From: Anthoceros angustus
Lineage: Eukaryota > Plantae > Anthocerotophyta
Length of the DNA stretch: 64,000 nt
Direction of reading: 5' to 3'
Assembly: GCA_010909165.1 (NCBI GenBank)
Contig: VJWM01000266.1
Coordinates: forward strand, 62,001 to 126,000
The notes under the pieces: model-generated
What the model was told of the DNA's origin: nothing
The model's input: the letters and a program-made list of their open reading frames with translations, nothing else
Databases searched by the model: none
In this document: positions 13,101 through 26,378 of the stretch, piece by piece
How positions within the stretch are numbered: position 1 is the stretch's first letter
Layout of the letters: each line of letters starts with the position of its first letter
Translations under genes and position numbers: made by a program

Positions 13101-14167
13101 AAGGAGTCACTCAGAGGGGAGCAGCGGAGGACTTGAGGAGAGCCACGGAGGAGTCCGTGAGGGAGGAAACCCGGGTGGGCGTGAGTCGGACTTTGTCCGG
13201 ACCCAGGCCGGACCACAAGTCCGGACCTCTAAGTCCGGACCACGAGGTCCGGACCACAAGTCCGGACCCAGGCCGGACCTGGAAATAAGCGGACTCACGA
13301 AGTTGAGTCGAGGCAGACCTCGAGGACCGGATGCGGCAAGGAGGAGCCCCTCGACTTACGCTAGGGAAATAGCTGGTGGCCCCGGCGGACCCGAGGAGGC
13401 GAGGAGGATGACGTCGTGGTACGGCGGTTGTCGAACCCGCCGTAGCAACGACGGGATTCGGGAGAGGAGGGCCCGCCTCACGGATCATCCGATTGGGTGC
13501 GCCACCTGGCTCGGGGCCGAGTTGGACCACCCATTCCGAGGCGGGGCCCGGACCTTCCGTCGGCGAAGGAGATAGGGGAAATAGGATGGTGCGATTAGGG
13601 TATCGCTGCTATCGAATAGGGGTGTAATAAAGACGCCCGCCTTGGGCGCAGATATAAGACTCTAGTAAAGCATCTTTCTCTTGGTGTTGATGCGCGTTCT
13701 TGCGGACCTTTGTGAGTCTTCTTGCTAACGTGAGTCTGAGTCACGAGCACGGCGACTCGGGAGATTGATCGGGTCCCGTGACGGACTTAACGCGTTGTGG
13801 TGTGTGCGGGGAAGGGTGCGGTGACCGTGTCGTCGGAGCGGCGCGTCCGGGGCCGGGCGTGTGGCCGGAGGAACTCGGGAGGGTGTAGAGCCGGACGGAG
13901 AGGCCCGGCGGACCCGAGGAGGAGGAGGAGGAAGAGTCTTGAGGAGGAGGAGGAGGAGGAGGAGGGTGAGGATGTGGCGAGCGCGACGGGTCCTTAAGCG
14001 TTTGGCCACCGGGCTGTCATGACGTTGTGAGTGTAGGAGTATGTGTGTGTTGAGGTGAGGGCCAAGAAGGTGAGAATCACGCGGCAACGGGCCTATCATT
14101 CCCTTGGGAACGGACTTCTTCCTACAACGACACGGGATTGTGCGGCTTGGCAGCAAAGTCCGCCACA
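10120..14167 (+). repeat. Family B 5' LTR (~3 kb unit plus ~1.1 kb internal duplications)
   Basis: Starts ATGGGCTATGCACTT, matching the 3' LTR start TGTGGGCTATGCACTT at 22669. Ends GTCCGCCACA before the PBS. TATA-like GATATAAG at ~13651. Confidence 0.85.
13185..13285. repeat. Minisatellite of ~12-15-bp units centred on GTCCGGACC inside the B LTR (second, more diverged copy ~25260-25385)
   Basis: gtccggacccaggccggaccacaagtccggacctctaagtccggaccacgaggtccggaccacaagtccggaccc. Confidence 0.8.
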
Positions 14168-14170
14168 TTT

Positions 14171-14181
14171 TGGCGCCGTTG
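14171..14181 (+). promoter_or_regulatory. PBS of family B, tRNA-Asp (Athila) type, truncated
   Basis: CCACA-TTT-TGGCGCCGTTG; the full form TGGCGCCGTTGCCGGGGA is present at 53049. Confidence 0.8.
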
Positions 14182-14429
14182 AATGAAATCGGTGCGTGGT
14201 CAAAGTGCGTCCTTAGGAAGAGAAGGTAAGTGAATGCGTGGCGGTCGGCGGCGGTCAAGAGTGAACCGTCGGGAGGATCGGACGTGGTCACCTCGCGTGC
14301 TCTCCGAGCCGAGGAGAGAGGCGTCAAACCCAACGAGAGCACCGTCGATCGAGGAGGAGAACGTGGTCGGTGTCGGACCAAGACGAGGAGGTACAAGGGG
14401 CCAACGGAAGAAGGTAGGGCGCTAACCCG

Positions 14430-17400
14430 ATGGCGGCACCATGGCCCCTACCTCGACCAAACAAGCGTACTCCATATTCGGAGGGAAGAAGGAGCGGGAT
14501 GCGGAGACCTTTGTGGAGGACTTCATGTCCAAAGCCAACTTCAGCGGAGAGGAGGCGGCGGCTCATCCAGCTTTTCCAAGGGGTTCTCAGGGGCAGTGCT
14601 CAATGGTATCGGAGAAAGTACCGACCGGAGAATGCCCCACCCGCCTCGTTTGAAGCTTTGAAAATGCCTTCTTAGAACGGTTTCGAGGATCGACCGGGAG
14701 GGTATGTATTATCAAAGTTGGAAAATCGGCGAGGAAGAAGAAGGTGGGCTCGTACATCGAGCGGTTCTATGCCGAGGATCGGCATCCAACCCATACCACG
14801 ATGCAAGCGATGCGGTGGTTGGCGGCGGTCTAGCCAAACCCATGGCCGTCACGCTGAGAAGGACGTGGGCAAGGTCGAGCGGCCGAAAACTACGAGGAAT
14901 CGCTACATCGGAGGATAAAGAAATCCGCTCAAGGAGGCAAGAAGAAGAAGAAGCGGGGTTCGGACTCAGGAGGAAGAGTCTTGAGGAGGAGGAGGAAGAC
15001 CAATCGGAGGTGTCTTGGAGGAGGAGCGGTCGTCCAAGAAGAGACGGAGGTCTCTAGCGAGGAAGAGTATCCCGCAAGAAGAGCAAGAAGGCCCGGCTAA
15101 AAGAAGCGGGGTTCGGACTCAGGAGGAAGAGTCTTGAGGAGGAGGAGGAAGACCAATCGGAGGTGTCTTGGAGGAGGAGGCGGTCGTCAGAAGAAGAGGT
15201 CTCTAGCGAGGAAGAGTATCCCGCAAGAAGAAGAGCAAGAAGGCCCGGCTAAAAGAAGCGGGTAAGAAGGAGGTGGTGACACCGGCCGGTCAGAAGCTCC
15301 ACGGACCCGACTCCCTCAAAGGAGGTGGCAGTGCGGGAGGACCGGAAAAAGTGATAAAGAGAGTAGAGGACCGCGATAAACCGTTAAGGAGCGGCGGAAA
15401 ACACCGACTACGGTGCGAGCGCATCTACGGTGTCGTGTGCCAAACGGCCATTCAATCAAGCGCCCCAAGGCCGGTGCATCAAGTGGACTACGAATACGAG
15501 GAGGAGGCGAGGAGCAATGGGAAGAGGCCTATCAGTGCAGAAGCCCCTCCGGGCGCGATATCCCAAAACCATGTATCCGTCAGCGGAGGTCCGTCAACGA
15601 GCCCCACGATGCAAGCGGTGGTTCGCGGCCGGTCTAGCCAAACCCATGGCGCACGTCCGCGCTGGCCGAGAAGGACGTGGGCAAGGCGGTCGAGCGGCCG
15701 AAAACTACGAGGAATCGCTACATCGGAGGATAAAGAAATCCGCTCAAGGAGGCAAGAAGAAGAAGAAGCGGGGTTCGGACTCAGGAGGAAGAGTCTTGAG
15801 GAGGAGGAAGACCAATCGGAGGTGTCTTGAGGAGGAGCGGTCGTCCAAGAAGAGACGGAGGTCTCTAGCGAGGAAGAGTATCAAGAAGAAGAGCAAGAAG
15901 GCCCGGCTAAAAGAAGTAAGAAGGAGGTGGTGACACCGGCCGGTCCGAGAAGCTCCACGACTCCCTCAAAGGAGGTGGCAGTGCGGGAGGACCGGAAAAA
16001 GTGATAAAGAGAGTAGAGGACCGCGATAAACCGGTTAAGGGGCCGAAGGCGGAAAACACCGACTACGGTGCGAACGCATCTGTGTGCCGTGTGCCGAAAC
16101 ACGGCCATTCGAATCAACCGCCTCAAGGCCGGTGCATCAAGTGGACTACGAATACGAGGAGGAGGCGAGGAGCAATGGGAAGAGGCCTATCAGTGAAGCC
16201 CCTCCGGGCGCGATATCCCAAAACCATGTATCCGTCAGCGGAGGTCCGTCAATACAAGGCCCCGATGCGACCGCATGGGAGCCTTCGTATCCTCCGTGTG
16301 GTGCATTGGAACTGCGGAATCCGCCATTACTCCAACGCGTGTCCGTACCCAGGCGGGGTAATGGGGACTTGACGTGTGGCGGCCTGGCGGTGGGCATATG
16401 ACGGCGATCGCTATGTCCCAACCCCGCACAAGGGCAGTGCGATATGCCACAAGCGGAGAACCCCACCACCAACGCCACCTCCTAAGAGACCGTCGGCAAG
16501 TCGAAGATGCTCGATTGGCGGAGTGGGAAGAGATTCCAGTGCAGCGAGATGGAAAAGAACAAGAAGGTGCGGTGGGGGTGTCGAAAGGAAGGGAGTGGAA
16601 ATCTTGGAGGTGTCTACTCGTGGCGAAGGAAGGAGCGACGAAAGGCGCCATTGAAGAAGAACAAGGCGGAGGCGTCACGGGCCGAGGAAGGCAATCAAGC
16701 GGAAATACCGGCAGGATCCGGCCGATGAAGGAGGGGCAGGCAGCTCTGCGGAGGATTACCGAAGGAAGTTCTCCGTGCAGGGGCGGGGAGAAGGAGCGGT
16801 GCCTCCGCGGCGGCGGATTTCCACCGGACGTAGTCGGGAGGTGGCAGTGCGGGAGGACTGGAAAAAGTGATAAAGAGAGTAGAGGACCGCGATAAACCGG
16901 TTAAGGGGCCGAGGCGGAAAACACCGACTACGGTGCGAGCATCTCGGTGTGCCGTGTGCGACACGGCCATTCGAAATCAAGCGCCTCAAGGCCGGTGCAT
17001 CAAGTGGACTACGAGGAGGAGGCGAGGAGCAATGGGAAGAGGCCTATCAGTGCAGAAGCCCCCTCAGGCGCGATATCCCAAAACCATGTATCCGTCAGCG
17101 GAGGTCCGTCAATACAACGAGCCCCACCGATGCGACCGCATGGGAGCCTTCGTATCCTCTGCAGTAGGTGGAGCTGGGAATCACAGCCATTACTCCAAGC
17201 GTGTCCGTACCCAGAGGCGGGGTAATGGGGACTTGACGTGTGGCGGCTGGCATGGGCATATGGCAGGCGATGCGCTATGTCCCAACCCCGGGGCAGTGCG
17301 ATATGCCACACCAAGCGGAGAACCCGACCACCACCTCCTAAGAGGCTGCTGCGGCAAGTCGAAGATGCTCGATTGGCGGAGTGGGAAGAGATTCCAGTGC

Positions 17401-17750
17401 GAGATGGAAAAGAACAAGAAGGTGCGGTGGGGGTGTCGAAAGGAAGGGAGTCGGGAAATCTTGGAGGTGTCTACTCGTGGCCGAAGGAAGGAGGCGAGAA
17501 AGGCGCCATTGAAGAAGAACAAGGCGGAGGAAGCGTCACGGGCCGAGGAAGGCAATCAAGCGGAAATACCAGAGGATCCGACCGATGAAGGAGGGGCAGG
17601 CGGCTCTGGGAGGGATTACCGAAGGAAGTTCTCCGTGCAGGGGCGGGGAGAAGCGGTGCCTCCGCGGCGGCGATTTCCACCGGACGTGGTCAGGTGCGAG
17701 ATGTTGCAGGAGGAAATGCGCATCCGGAGAATACCGAACAAGTGATCCGG
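14430..17750 (+). pseudogene. gag: Family B gag with several zinc knuckles, internally duplicated
   Basis: IFGGKKERDAETFVEDF, LFQGVLRGSAQWYR, FEALK, then CRV..GH, WNCG..HYSNAC and CGG..GHMA knuckle remnants. Confidence 0.8.
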
Positions 17751-17959
17751 GAGAGGATGAGGCAGCGGGATCCTCGATTGGGGTAGAAGCCTCGCCCCAA
17801 TGTGGCGGACGATGATGAATCAGCACCTTGTGTCCTTTCGGCTGCGAGGATAACCCGAAATCTGACAAGAGGTCCGTCGGGCCGTTAGGAAACCAGCCTC
17901 GGCGGAGCACCAAAGCCGGAAGGGTATACGGTGGAAGTGAGGGTGGTGTCCCATACGGA

Positions 17960-20900
17960 CCCAGGCGCCCGATGGTACAAGTGGAGATTTGGATGTATCA
18001 TCAAGGATGTACCGTTGGACACGGGTCCGAGTCAACCTCATCACGAAGCCGCACGAAAATTGGGCTTCACATCCTTGAACCCTCAACGAAGACTCGAGAA
18101 TGGCGGACATGTCAAGAAGAGATCCGGCGGGGAGTTAACCGAGTCTTGGCCACCATAGCGGCGCACCCTACAAACCGGATTTTGTTGTGATCAAACCGGC
18201 GGACCATTAGGGTATGAGGTGTTCTTTGGGCGGCCATGGTGGGGTTGGCCAGAAGCTACACTTTGGAAGGAAGGAGATTCACTTCAAGCCGGTGGGTGGG
18301 ACCCTAAGGTGCGAGAAGGGAGGTTGCTATCACTGGAGCAAGGACACCTATTGTGGGAAGCTGAGCACTACGAAGGGTATACCTCGTGGAGGACTCCACG
18401 GCGGCGAACAAGATAGCTCCAGGAGGCGTACCCTTTCGCCAAGATCCGTGGTCCGAGGAGGAGATGGACTACCGTGGATGCCTTTGGCGGAAGTGGTTGA
18501 TTGTTTTGAGTAACGCCACAACTGGAGGAAGGAAGTGAAGAGGAGGTCGGACCGGCCAAGGGGGCAGTCGGACCAAAAGCGGACATCGAAGGAGTAACAC
18601 GATTCACCTCCGACGAGCTCTTGAGAGAATGGGGATGCGAGGACGATCCCGAGTGGAGGACGAGGGGTTGGCCGAGGCAGGAGGCGGTGAACCCGGACGG
18701 CGTGGAAGAAGTGGAGGTCGGCCAGCAAATTCGAAGTTTAAGAAAGGCATGCCTCCGGACTGAAGGAAGGACTAAAGCATTCTTGGGGAGTTTTCGAGGT
18801 GTTCGCCTTCAAGGTCACGGACATGAAGGGCATTAGAAGAAGTGGGAGAGCATAAGATCGATTTGAAGCCGGAGGCGGTGCCGGTCGAATCCGACAATAC
18901 AAGCTCAACCCCAAGTATTCGATCAAGGTGAAGGAGGTCCTTGATAAGTACACGAGGCGGACATCATTTTCCCCATCGTCAGCGAGTGGGTCGCGATGTG
19001 GTGGTTCCCAAGAAACGCCGACAAATTCGGGTATGCCAAGATTGGAGGAAGCTCAACGCGCGGAGAAGGACCACTTCCGATGCCATTCGTACGACATTTT
19101 GGACAAGGTGGTGGACGGACTACTTACTCCTTCGGATGGCTACTCCGGATACAACCAATTGCACCTAAGGAGTCGGATGGGACAAGAGGTCCGTCGGGCC
19201 GTTAGGAAACCGCCTCGGCGGAGCACCAAAGCCGGAAGGGTAGCAGTGGAAGTGAGGTGGTGTCCCATACGGACCCAGGCGCCCGATGGTACAAGTGGAG
19301 ATTTGGATGTATCATCAAGGATGTACCGTTGGACACGGGTCCGAGTCAACCTCATCACGAAGCCACGGCACGAAAATTGGGCTTCACATCCTTGAACCCT
19401 CAACGAAGACTCGAGAATGGCGGACATGTCAAGAAGAGATCCGGCGGGGGTTAAAGTCTTGGCCACCATAGCACCCTACAAACCGGATTTTGTTGTGATC
19501 AAACCGGCGGACCATTAGGGTATGAGGTGTTCTTTGGGCGGCCATGGGCGGGTTGGCCCAGAAGCTACACTTTGGAAGGAAGGAGATTCACTTCAAGCCG
19601 GTGGTGGGACCCTAAGGTGCGAGAAGGGAGGTTGCTATCACAGCAAGGACACCTATTGTGGGAAGCTGAGCACTACGAAGGGTATACCTCGTGGAGGACT
19701 CCAGCGGCAGACAAGATAGTTCCGAGGCGTACCCTTTCGCCAAGATCCGTGGTCCGAGGAGGAGATGGACTAGGCGGGATGCCTTTGGCGCGGAAGTGGT
19801 TGATTGTTTTGAGTCGCCACAAGGCTGGAGGAAGGAAGTGAAGAGGAGGTCGGAGACAAGGGAGGCAAGAGTCGGACCAAGGAAGCGGACATCGAAGGAG
19901 TAACACGATTCACCTCCGAGCTCTTGAGAGAATGGGGATGCGAGAGGACGATCCCGAGTGGAGGGCGAGGGGTTTGGGCCAGCGAGCAGGAGGCGGTGAA
20001 CCCGGACGGCGTGGAAGAAGTGGAGGTCCGGCAAATTCACGAAGTTTAAGAAAGGCATGCCTCCGGACTGAAGGAAGGACTAAAGCATTCTTGGGGAGTT
20101 TTAGGTGTTCGCCTTCAAGGTCACGGACATGAAGGGCATTAGAAGAAGTGGGAGAGCATAAGATCGATTTGAAGCCGGAGGCGGTGCGGTCGAATCCGAC
20201 AATACAAGCTCAACCCCAAGTATTCGATCAAGGTGAAGGAGGTCCTTGATAAGTACGGAGGGACATCATTTTCCCCATAAAGTGAGTGGGTCGCGATGTG
20301 GTGGTTCCCAAGCAGCCGGGACAAATTCGGGTATGCCAAGATTGGAGGAAGCTCAACGCATAGCGGAGAAGGACCACTTCCGATGCCATTCGTGACGACA
20401 TTTTGGACAAGGTGGACGGACTACTTACTCCTTCTGGATGGCTACTCGGATACAACCAATTGCACCTAAGGGGTGAGATGGGACAAGACGACCTTCACTA
20501 CGGAGTGCGTTTGCCTACAAGAGAAGTGCCTTTGGGATGGCCGGGCGCGAGGTCGTTCATGCGTATGGTGACCAACGTCTTGTGACTTCACGAGGGACTT
20601 CATGGAGATATTCTGGATGATTTTGTGTGCATGGGGGCGGGACAAACACCTTGGGCATCTAAGAAGGTGCTTGAGGCTGGGAGACTCAATTGAGCCTACA
20701 CCGAGAAATGCTACTTTGGAATGACGGAGGGAATCTTCTTTGGGACATCGGGTGTCGGCGGGGAATCGAGGTGGACGGGACAAGGTCCGGTCATCCGCTC
20801 TCCAGCCAGACCTAAAGGAGGAGGTTTCACAGGAATGGTGGGATACTACCGCGGTTTATTAAGGACTTTGCGAAGAGGCGGCTAAGTTGGCGAACTCTGC

Positions 20901-22635
20901 GGAAGGAGGAGGTTTGGACAGTCACGAGGCGAGAGGAGGCCTTCGGATTCTGAGAACACCTTGGTAAGCGCACGGTTCTAAGAGGACCGGTTGGAGCAGA
21001 AATTTCATGTGTATGTAGACGTGTCCGCTTTTGCTATCGGAGTAGTCTTGAGCGGAAGGACGACAAGGGATTATCCGTATACTACGATGACAGCTCACCC
21101 GCACGGCACAACTACAGAGCGAAGCAGGTATGGTATATCTTGTCAAGAAATTCGACACTACACTACCGGTGAGTTTGTGTTCTATGTAGACCACTTTGCG
21201 CTGAAGCATCTGGTGAATAAGGCGGACCTGTCCGGACGAATAGCAAGGTGGATATTGTTGCTGCAGGAGTTCACGTTCGAAGTGGAAACAAGACAAGGGA
21301 GGCAGCACCAAAATGCAGATTTCCTATCACGGTTGAAAACAGAGCAGGTGTTGAGAGATCAGGAAGATGCGTTCCCGGATGAGACATTGGTTGCCGCGAT
21401 AAAAGTACCGGAGGAGCCCAGAACCCCAAGCTACGAGGCGGCAGCCTTAGCGAGCGGAGAAGGGAGGTCCGCGGCCGTCCGACCTCGAAGAAATAGCGGT
21501 ACCTGGGAATGGAGCTTCCGAAAATCGACTCGTGGACGGAGGGAGGCATTCGTGCACTATGCTCGACCCTTGAATGTACAACGGTGTGTGTTCAAATTAG
21601 GGCGGACGGAGTAGAACGAAGGTACTTACAGCAGCGAGAGCAGGAGGCGGTCGTCGGGGAATGAAGGATTGGGGAGGACACTACGCGACAGTCACCACCA
21701 AAAGATTTTAGGCGGATCGGTGGCCAACAATGTATGGGGACACCCACCGGTTTGTGAAGAAGTGTGATGCTTGTCGGCGGATCGGAAAGCCAACCCCGAC
21801 GACACGGTGGCCGCTAGTACCGATATTGGCAGGCACCTTCGAAAAGTGGGGTATTGACTTTGTTGGACCTATCTGACCTCGACAAGACACACACAAAGGA
21901 GATACATCCGGTGGCAGCGGACTCACGGTGGGTAGAGGCGGTGGCGACAAGAGCGGACTCCAAAACACGTGGCCAAATTCTGTCGAGAACATCATAACCC
22001 GATGCGGATGTCCGCTGCGGTTGGTAAGTGATAGGGGAACCCATTTCCTTAATGATGTGGTGGCCGCCATGACGGAGTATTTCGGCATCAATCATCGCAA
22101 GACGGCACCCTACAATCCTAAGGCCAATGGTGAGAGAAGACAAATGGGCTCATCTGCAGGATCTGAATAAACTCACGATGAACTACGCCCATGAGGATAC
22201 CAAGCGCCATCCCTGTGGGCGTTAGGACAGAGAAGGTGACCACACAACGGACCCTTACTTGACCTACGGACACTCTCCGTAATGCCGGTGGAGTTTGAAG
22301 TGCCCACTTTTCGAGTAATGATGGAAGGAGGAGGAGGAAAGCCAGCTCGGCGACTCTTGGGGTTTGTTCGGCCTAGGAGGAGGAAGAAGCTCGGTGAAGA
22401 TGCATTGGTGCAAAACCAGTGAAGATTTGGCACGATCATTGCGGAATCGGGAGTATGTAAAGGGGACTGGCCCTCCTTTATGATAGTCGTTACATGCATT
22501 TTCGGTGCAAACTTCACGAGATGGATGGGTCCGTACCAAGTGGTGCAAGTATATGACAACGGGTCCGTCCACTGACTAGATGGAGAGTGCCCACTCGGGT
22601 GAGCGGGTGGCGGGTGAAGAAGTATCATGCTTAGT
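17960..22635 (+). pseudogene. pol: Family B pol (PR-RT segment duplicated ~17870-19170 / ~19190-20470; RH ~20980-21330; INT ~21600-22635)
   Basis: VPLDTG protease; QYKLNPKYS, IRVCQDWRKLN, DGYSGYNQL and FLDD (20611) RT; FHVYVDVSAFAIGVVL...VDHFALKHLVNKADLSGRIARWILLLQEF RNase H; FEKWGIDFVGPI, LVSDRGTHF and TAPYNPKANG integrase. Confidence 0.92.
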
Positions 22636-22668
22636 GTTGGCGGAGGCATGTGAGATGAGAAGGGAGTA

Positions 22669-25600
22669 TGTGGGCTATGCACTTCCACAGGGAGTTAAGA
22701 AATAAGTAGGGTTTGTTTTTTAGGATTGAAGGATAAATAAGGCGGAAAAGGAGGAATAAATTGGGGTAGCGCTTGGACGAGGCTCGGAGTATACTCGGAC
22801 TCGGAGTGAACAACGGACCCATACCACTATGGCAAGCTCGGACTACGCCGGATAAGGAACCCACTCCAGTCAAAAAAGGATAAATCGCCGAAAGTAACCT
22901 AGGAGGCGGGCGTGAGGGCGACAGGCGGCGCCACGTGGGCGGCCCCGAGTGGAGGTCGGGCATGCGGTGAGGCGGGCGTGAGGGCAGAGGCGGCGCCACG
23001 TGGGCGGCCACAGTGGAGGTCGGGCATGCGAGGCGGGGCCGTAACCTTGCGAGGCCGTTATAGCAGTATTCACGCCCCGGCGGCGTAAGGCAGTAAGCGA
23101 GCGTAGGGTCGAGTAAGCCATGCGGACCCACAGCGATTCTGGACAGCGCCTTCCGATTACTTCCTGGCCGAGGAGGGAGGTCATTTGTTGTGACCTCGGA
23201 CAATCCTCACGGTCCCTTGCGCTCCGCAATCCGGCTCTCTGGCTATCTTTTGGGCGCCCGATCACAGGCGCTCACCGTCAAGGTTGGAGCGTGACGCGAA
23301 GGAGGAACATCGTGCCGGACTCGCCACAGCCTACAAAGAACAAGAGGAGGAGAAGCAATGGCACCCAAAAGCGGTGAGTGAGCCATGGACCCTCGTGGGC
23401 GCAACATTGTGACCGGCGCTATCCGGACTTGAACTGGCGGAGGCAATGAGATGAAGGGAGTATGTGGGCTATGCACTTCCACAGGGAGTTAAGAAATAAG
23501 TAGGGTTTTTTTTAGGATTGAAGGATAAATAAGGCGGAAAAGGAGGAATAAATTGGGGTAGCGCTTGGACGAGGCTCGGAGTATACTCGGACTCGGAGTG
23601 AACAACGGACCCCGGTACCACTATGGCAAGCTCGGACTACGCCGAGTGAGATAAGTCCGGAACCCACTCCAGTCAAAATAGGATAAGTCAGAAAGTAACC
23701 TAGGAGCGGGCGTGAGGGCAGGCGGCGCCACGTGGGCCACGAGTGGAGGTCGGGCATGCGAGGCGGGGCCGTAACCTTGCGAGGCCGTTATAGCAGTATT
23801 CACGCCCCGGGCGGCGTAAGGCAGTAAGCGAGCGTAGGGTCGAGTAAGCCATGCGGACCCACAGCGATTCGGACAACAGGCGCCTTCCAGATTACTTCCT
23901 GGCGGCCAAGGAGGGAGGTCATTTCGCAGCCTCGGACAATCCTCACAGTCCCTTGCGCTCCGCAATCCGGCTCTCTGGCGCTATCTTTTGGGCGCCCAGT
24001 CGACAAGCGCGCTCACCGTCAAGGTTGGAGCGTGACGCGAAGGAGGAACATCGTGCCGGACTCGGCCGGCTCTGACAACAAGAGGAGGAGAAGCAATGGC
24101 ACCCAAAAGCCGGGCGGAGTCGGGAGCCATGGACCCTCGTGGGCGCAACATTGTGACCGGCGCTATCCGGACTTGACCTGGAGGAGGCGAGGTGGTGGAA
24201 TGGCACTGGATGTATTCGGTGCGGACCCGACAGCGTCACTAGTCGGGAGTTTGCGGAAGATCTTGGCGGCCAACAAGGAGGTCGATCCAAGAACCTCGGG
24301 AGGACCCGAGGCGATGGACCTTGGAGGTCACGGGCCTGGCAGAAGGAGGAAGAAGGGGGCGTGGTGCAGGCCCCTTAAGGCGAAGGAAGATAGGGCCGGC
24401 CGGAAGGAGGATGGAGGCCGGCACTCGGGAGATAGGAGATCTCCGTGCAGTGCAGGAAGTAGAGGCGGCGGATGGAGGAGCAAGGACCTGGAGCTACAAC
24501 TCCAAGATGCGTCGGAGGCGGTGATTCTCAGCGAGAGAATCCACGACTTGAGCACGAAATAGAGTGCCTCGGCTCCGTCGAGGCGGAGGAAAATCGGCGA
24601 CTATCGAGTTGGAGCGTTGCCGGCTCTGAATGGAGGAAGTCCGGTCGGACGGAGGTACTGACCGCTGGAGAGGGCGAGCTAAGGCGAGAATGAGCGGAGG
24701 CGCGACCTGGGCGAAGAAGTTCTTTGGTCCGGTGAGAAAGCGGAAGGAGCAGCTCTATGGCGGGTAAGCTGGCAATGGAAAGCGACGGGAGCTGGGCGGG
24801 TGGAGCAAGCGGCAGGAGGGAGGTGACGAGGCCGCCCTGTAGCCTCGCGTGTCTGCTCCGGTATCAAATCTGGCGGAGAGGTGGCCCAACAAGCCGGCGC
24901 CCGACTCCGGAACACTTATGGCGGAGGGAGTATCGGGTGCTCGGGCGCGTGGAAGAGCAATTCAACAAGTCGATTCGGACTTTGCCTATTACCGAGCTCT
25001 GGGATGAAAACCTCTCGGCGCCCCCAGACGGACCCTGGAAGGCTCGAAGGAGATGAAGGCCACAGGGGACCTAGTGGCCTTTGGAGATAATGAGGCGGCG
25101 GAGGAGGCGGCGGAGGAGGCGAGAGCGAGGCGGATGCGGCGGGTAAGCACCGCACCTCACCATGGAAGGAGGGGCCAGCGAAGAGTCACTTGAGCGATCG
25201 GGGAGCAGTGGAAGGACTTGAGGAGAGCCACGGAGGTCCGTGAGGAGGAAACCGGGTGGGCGTGAGTCCGGACTTTGTCCGGACCCGGAGGAGGCGGACC
25301 ACAAGTCGGACCCGTGTAAATCCGGACCGAGGTCCGGACCCAGACAAGGTCGGACCCTGGCCGGCCGGACTCGAAATAAGCCGGACTCCACAGTTCGAGT
25401 CGAGGCAGACCTCGAGGCCGGGGCTGATGAGGAGCCCCCGACTTCGCTAGGGAAGCAGAGGTGGCCCCAGCGAAGGACGAGGCGAGGGGAGGATGGCGTC
25501 GTGGTAGCGGTTGTCGAGGCCATAGCCATTTGGATTCGGAGGAGAGGCCCGCCTCACGGATCATCCGATTGGGTGCGCCTGGCTGTCGGGGCGGGGTTGG

Positions 25601-26378
25601 ACCACCCATCCCGGCGGGCCCAGGACCTTCCAGCCTGATCGGCGAAGGAGATAGGGAGGAAATAGGATGGTGGTGGATTAGGGTATCTGGCTGCTATCGG
25701 CGAAGGAGATAGGGAGGAAATAGGATGGTAGGCGGCCGATTAGGGTATCTGCGGCTGGCTATCGGTAGGGTGTAATAAAGACGCCTTAGGCGTGATATAG
25801 AGAGTGAGGCTGCTCTAGTAAAGCATCTTTCTCTTGGTGTTGATGCAGCGTTCTTGCGGACCCTTGTCGTCTTCTTGCTAACGCGAGTCTGAGTCAGCGA
25901 GGCGGGCGACTCGGAGGCCCGATCAAGGTCGTGAGGACTTAGCGTGTGGTGGGGTGTGCGGGGAGGGGGGAGGACCCTTGTTCGTCGAGGCGGCCCAAGC
26001 GTCGGCGGGCCGGAGCGTGTGGCCGGGAGGTACTTTGGGAGGGTGTGAGCCGGACGGAGAGGCCCGTGAACAGCGTAGGAGGTCCTGACCGTGACACTTG
26101 CGTTCTTTTCCAAGGTTGATAAGTGTAGAGAGGCGGAGGAGGAGCTGAAGAAACGAGTGAGCAATGACGTAGGTCCTTAAACGTTTGGCCACCACTGGGC
26201 TGTTCGGTGAGCGATATAAATAGCTAGATTGTAAGCGAAGATTGAGTGTTGGGTGAAGTGGACCCGAAGAAGGTGAGAATCGGTGAAGCGCGCAAGCAGA
26301 CTATCATTCTCTTGAGAGCGGACTCCATACTACAGCGACACGGATATGTGGCGGCATCCCATCGGAAAGTCCGCCACA
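22669..26378 (+). repeat. Family B 3' LTR, preceded by PPT GAGAAGGGAG (22657-22666); first ~790 bp duplicated
   Basis: TGTGG...CCACA terminal inverted repeat; homologous throughout to 10120-14167. Confidence 0.88.

Larger units (their letters stand above)
10120..26378 (+). mobile_element. Ty3/gypsy non-chromovirus (Athila-like) LTR retrotransposon, family B, full-length and nested in A copy 2
   Basis: LTR - PBS - gag - PR - RT - RH - INT - PPT - LTR. LTR ends (TG)TGGGC...CGCCACA. Asp-type PBS. No chromodomain and no recognisable extra archaeal-type RNase H. Confidence 0.88.

Noticed and set aside
13185-13285. GTCCGGACC repeats as a CRISPR-like array
   Set aside because: Units are only 12-15 bp, there are no real unique spacers or cas genes, and the repeat lies inside a eukaryotic LTR.
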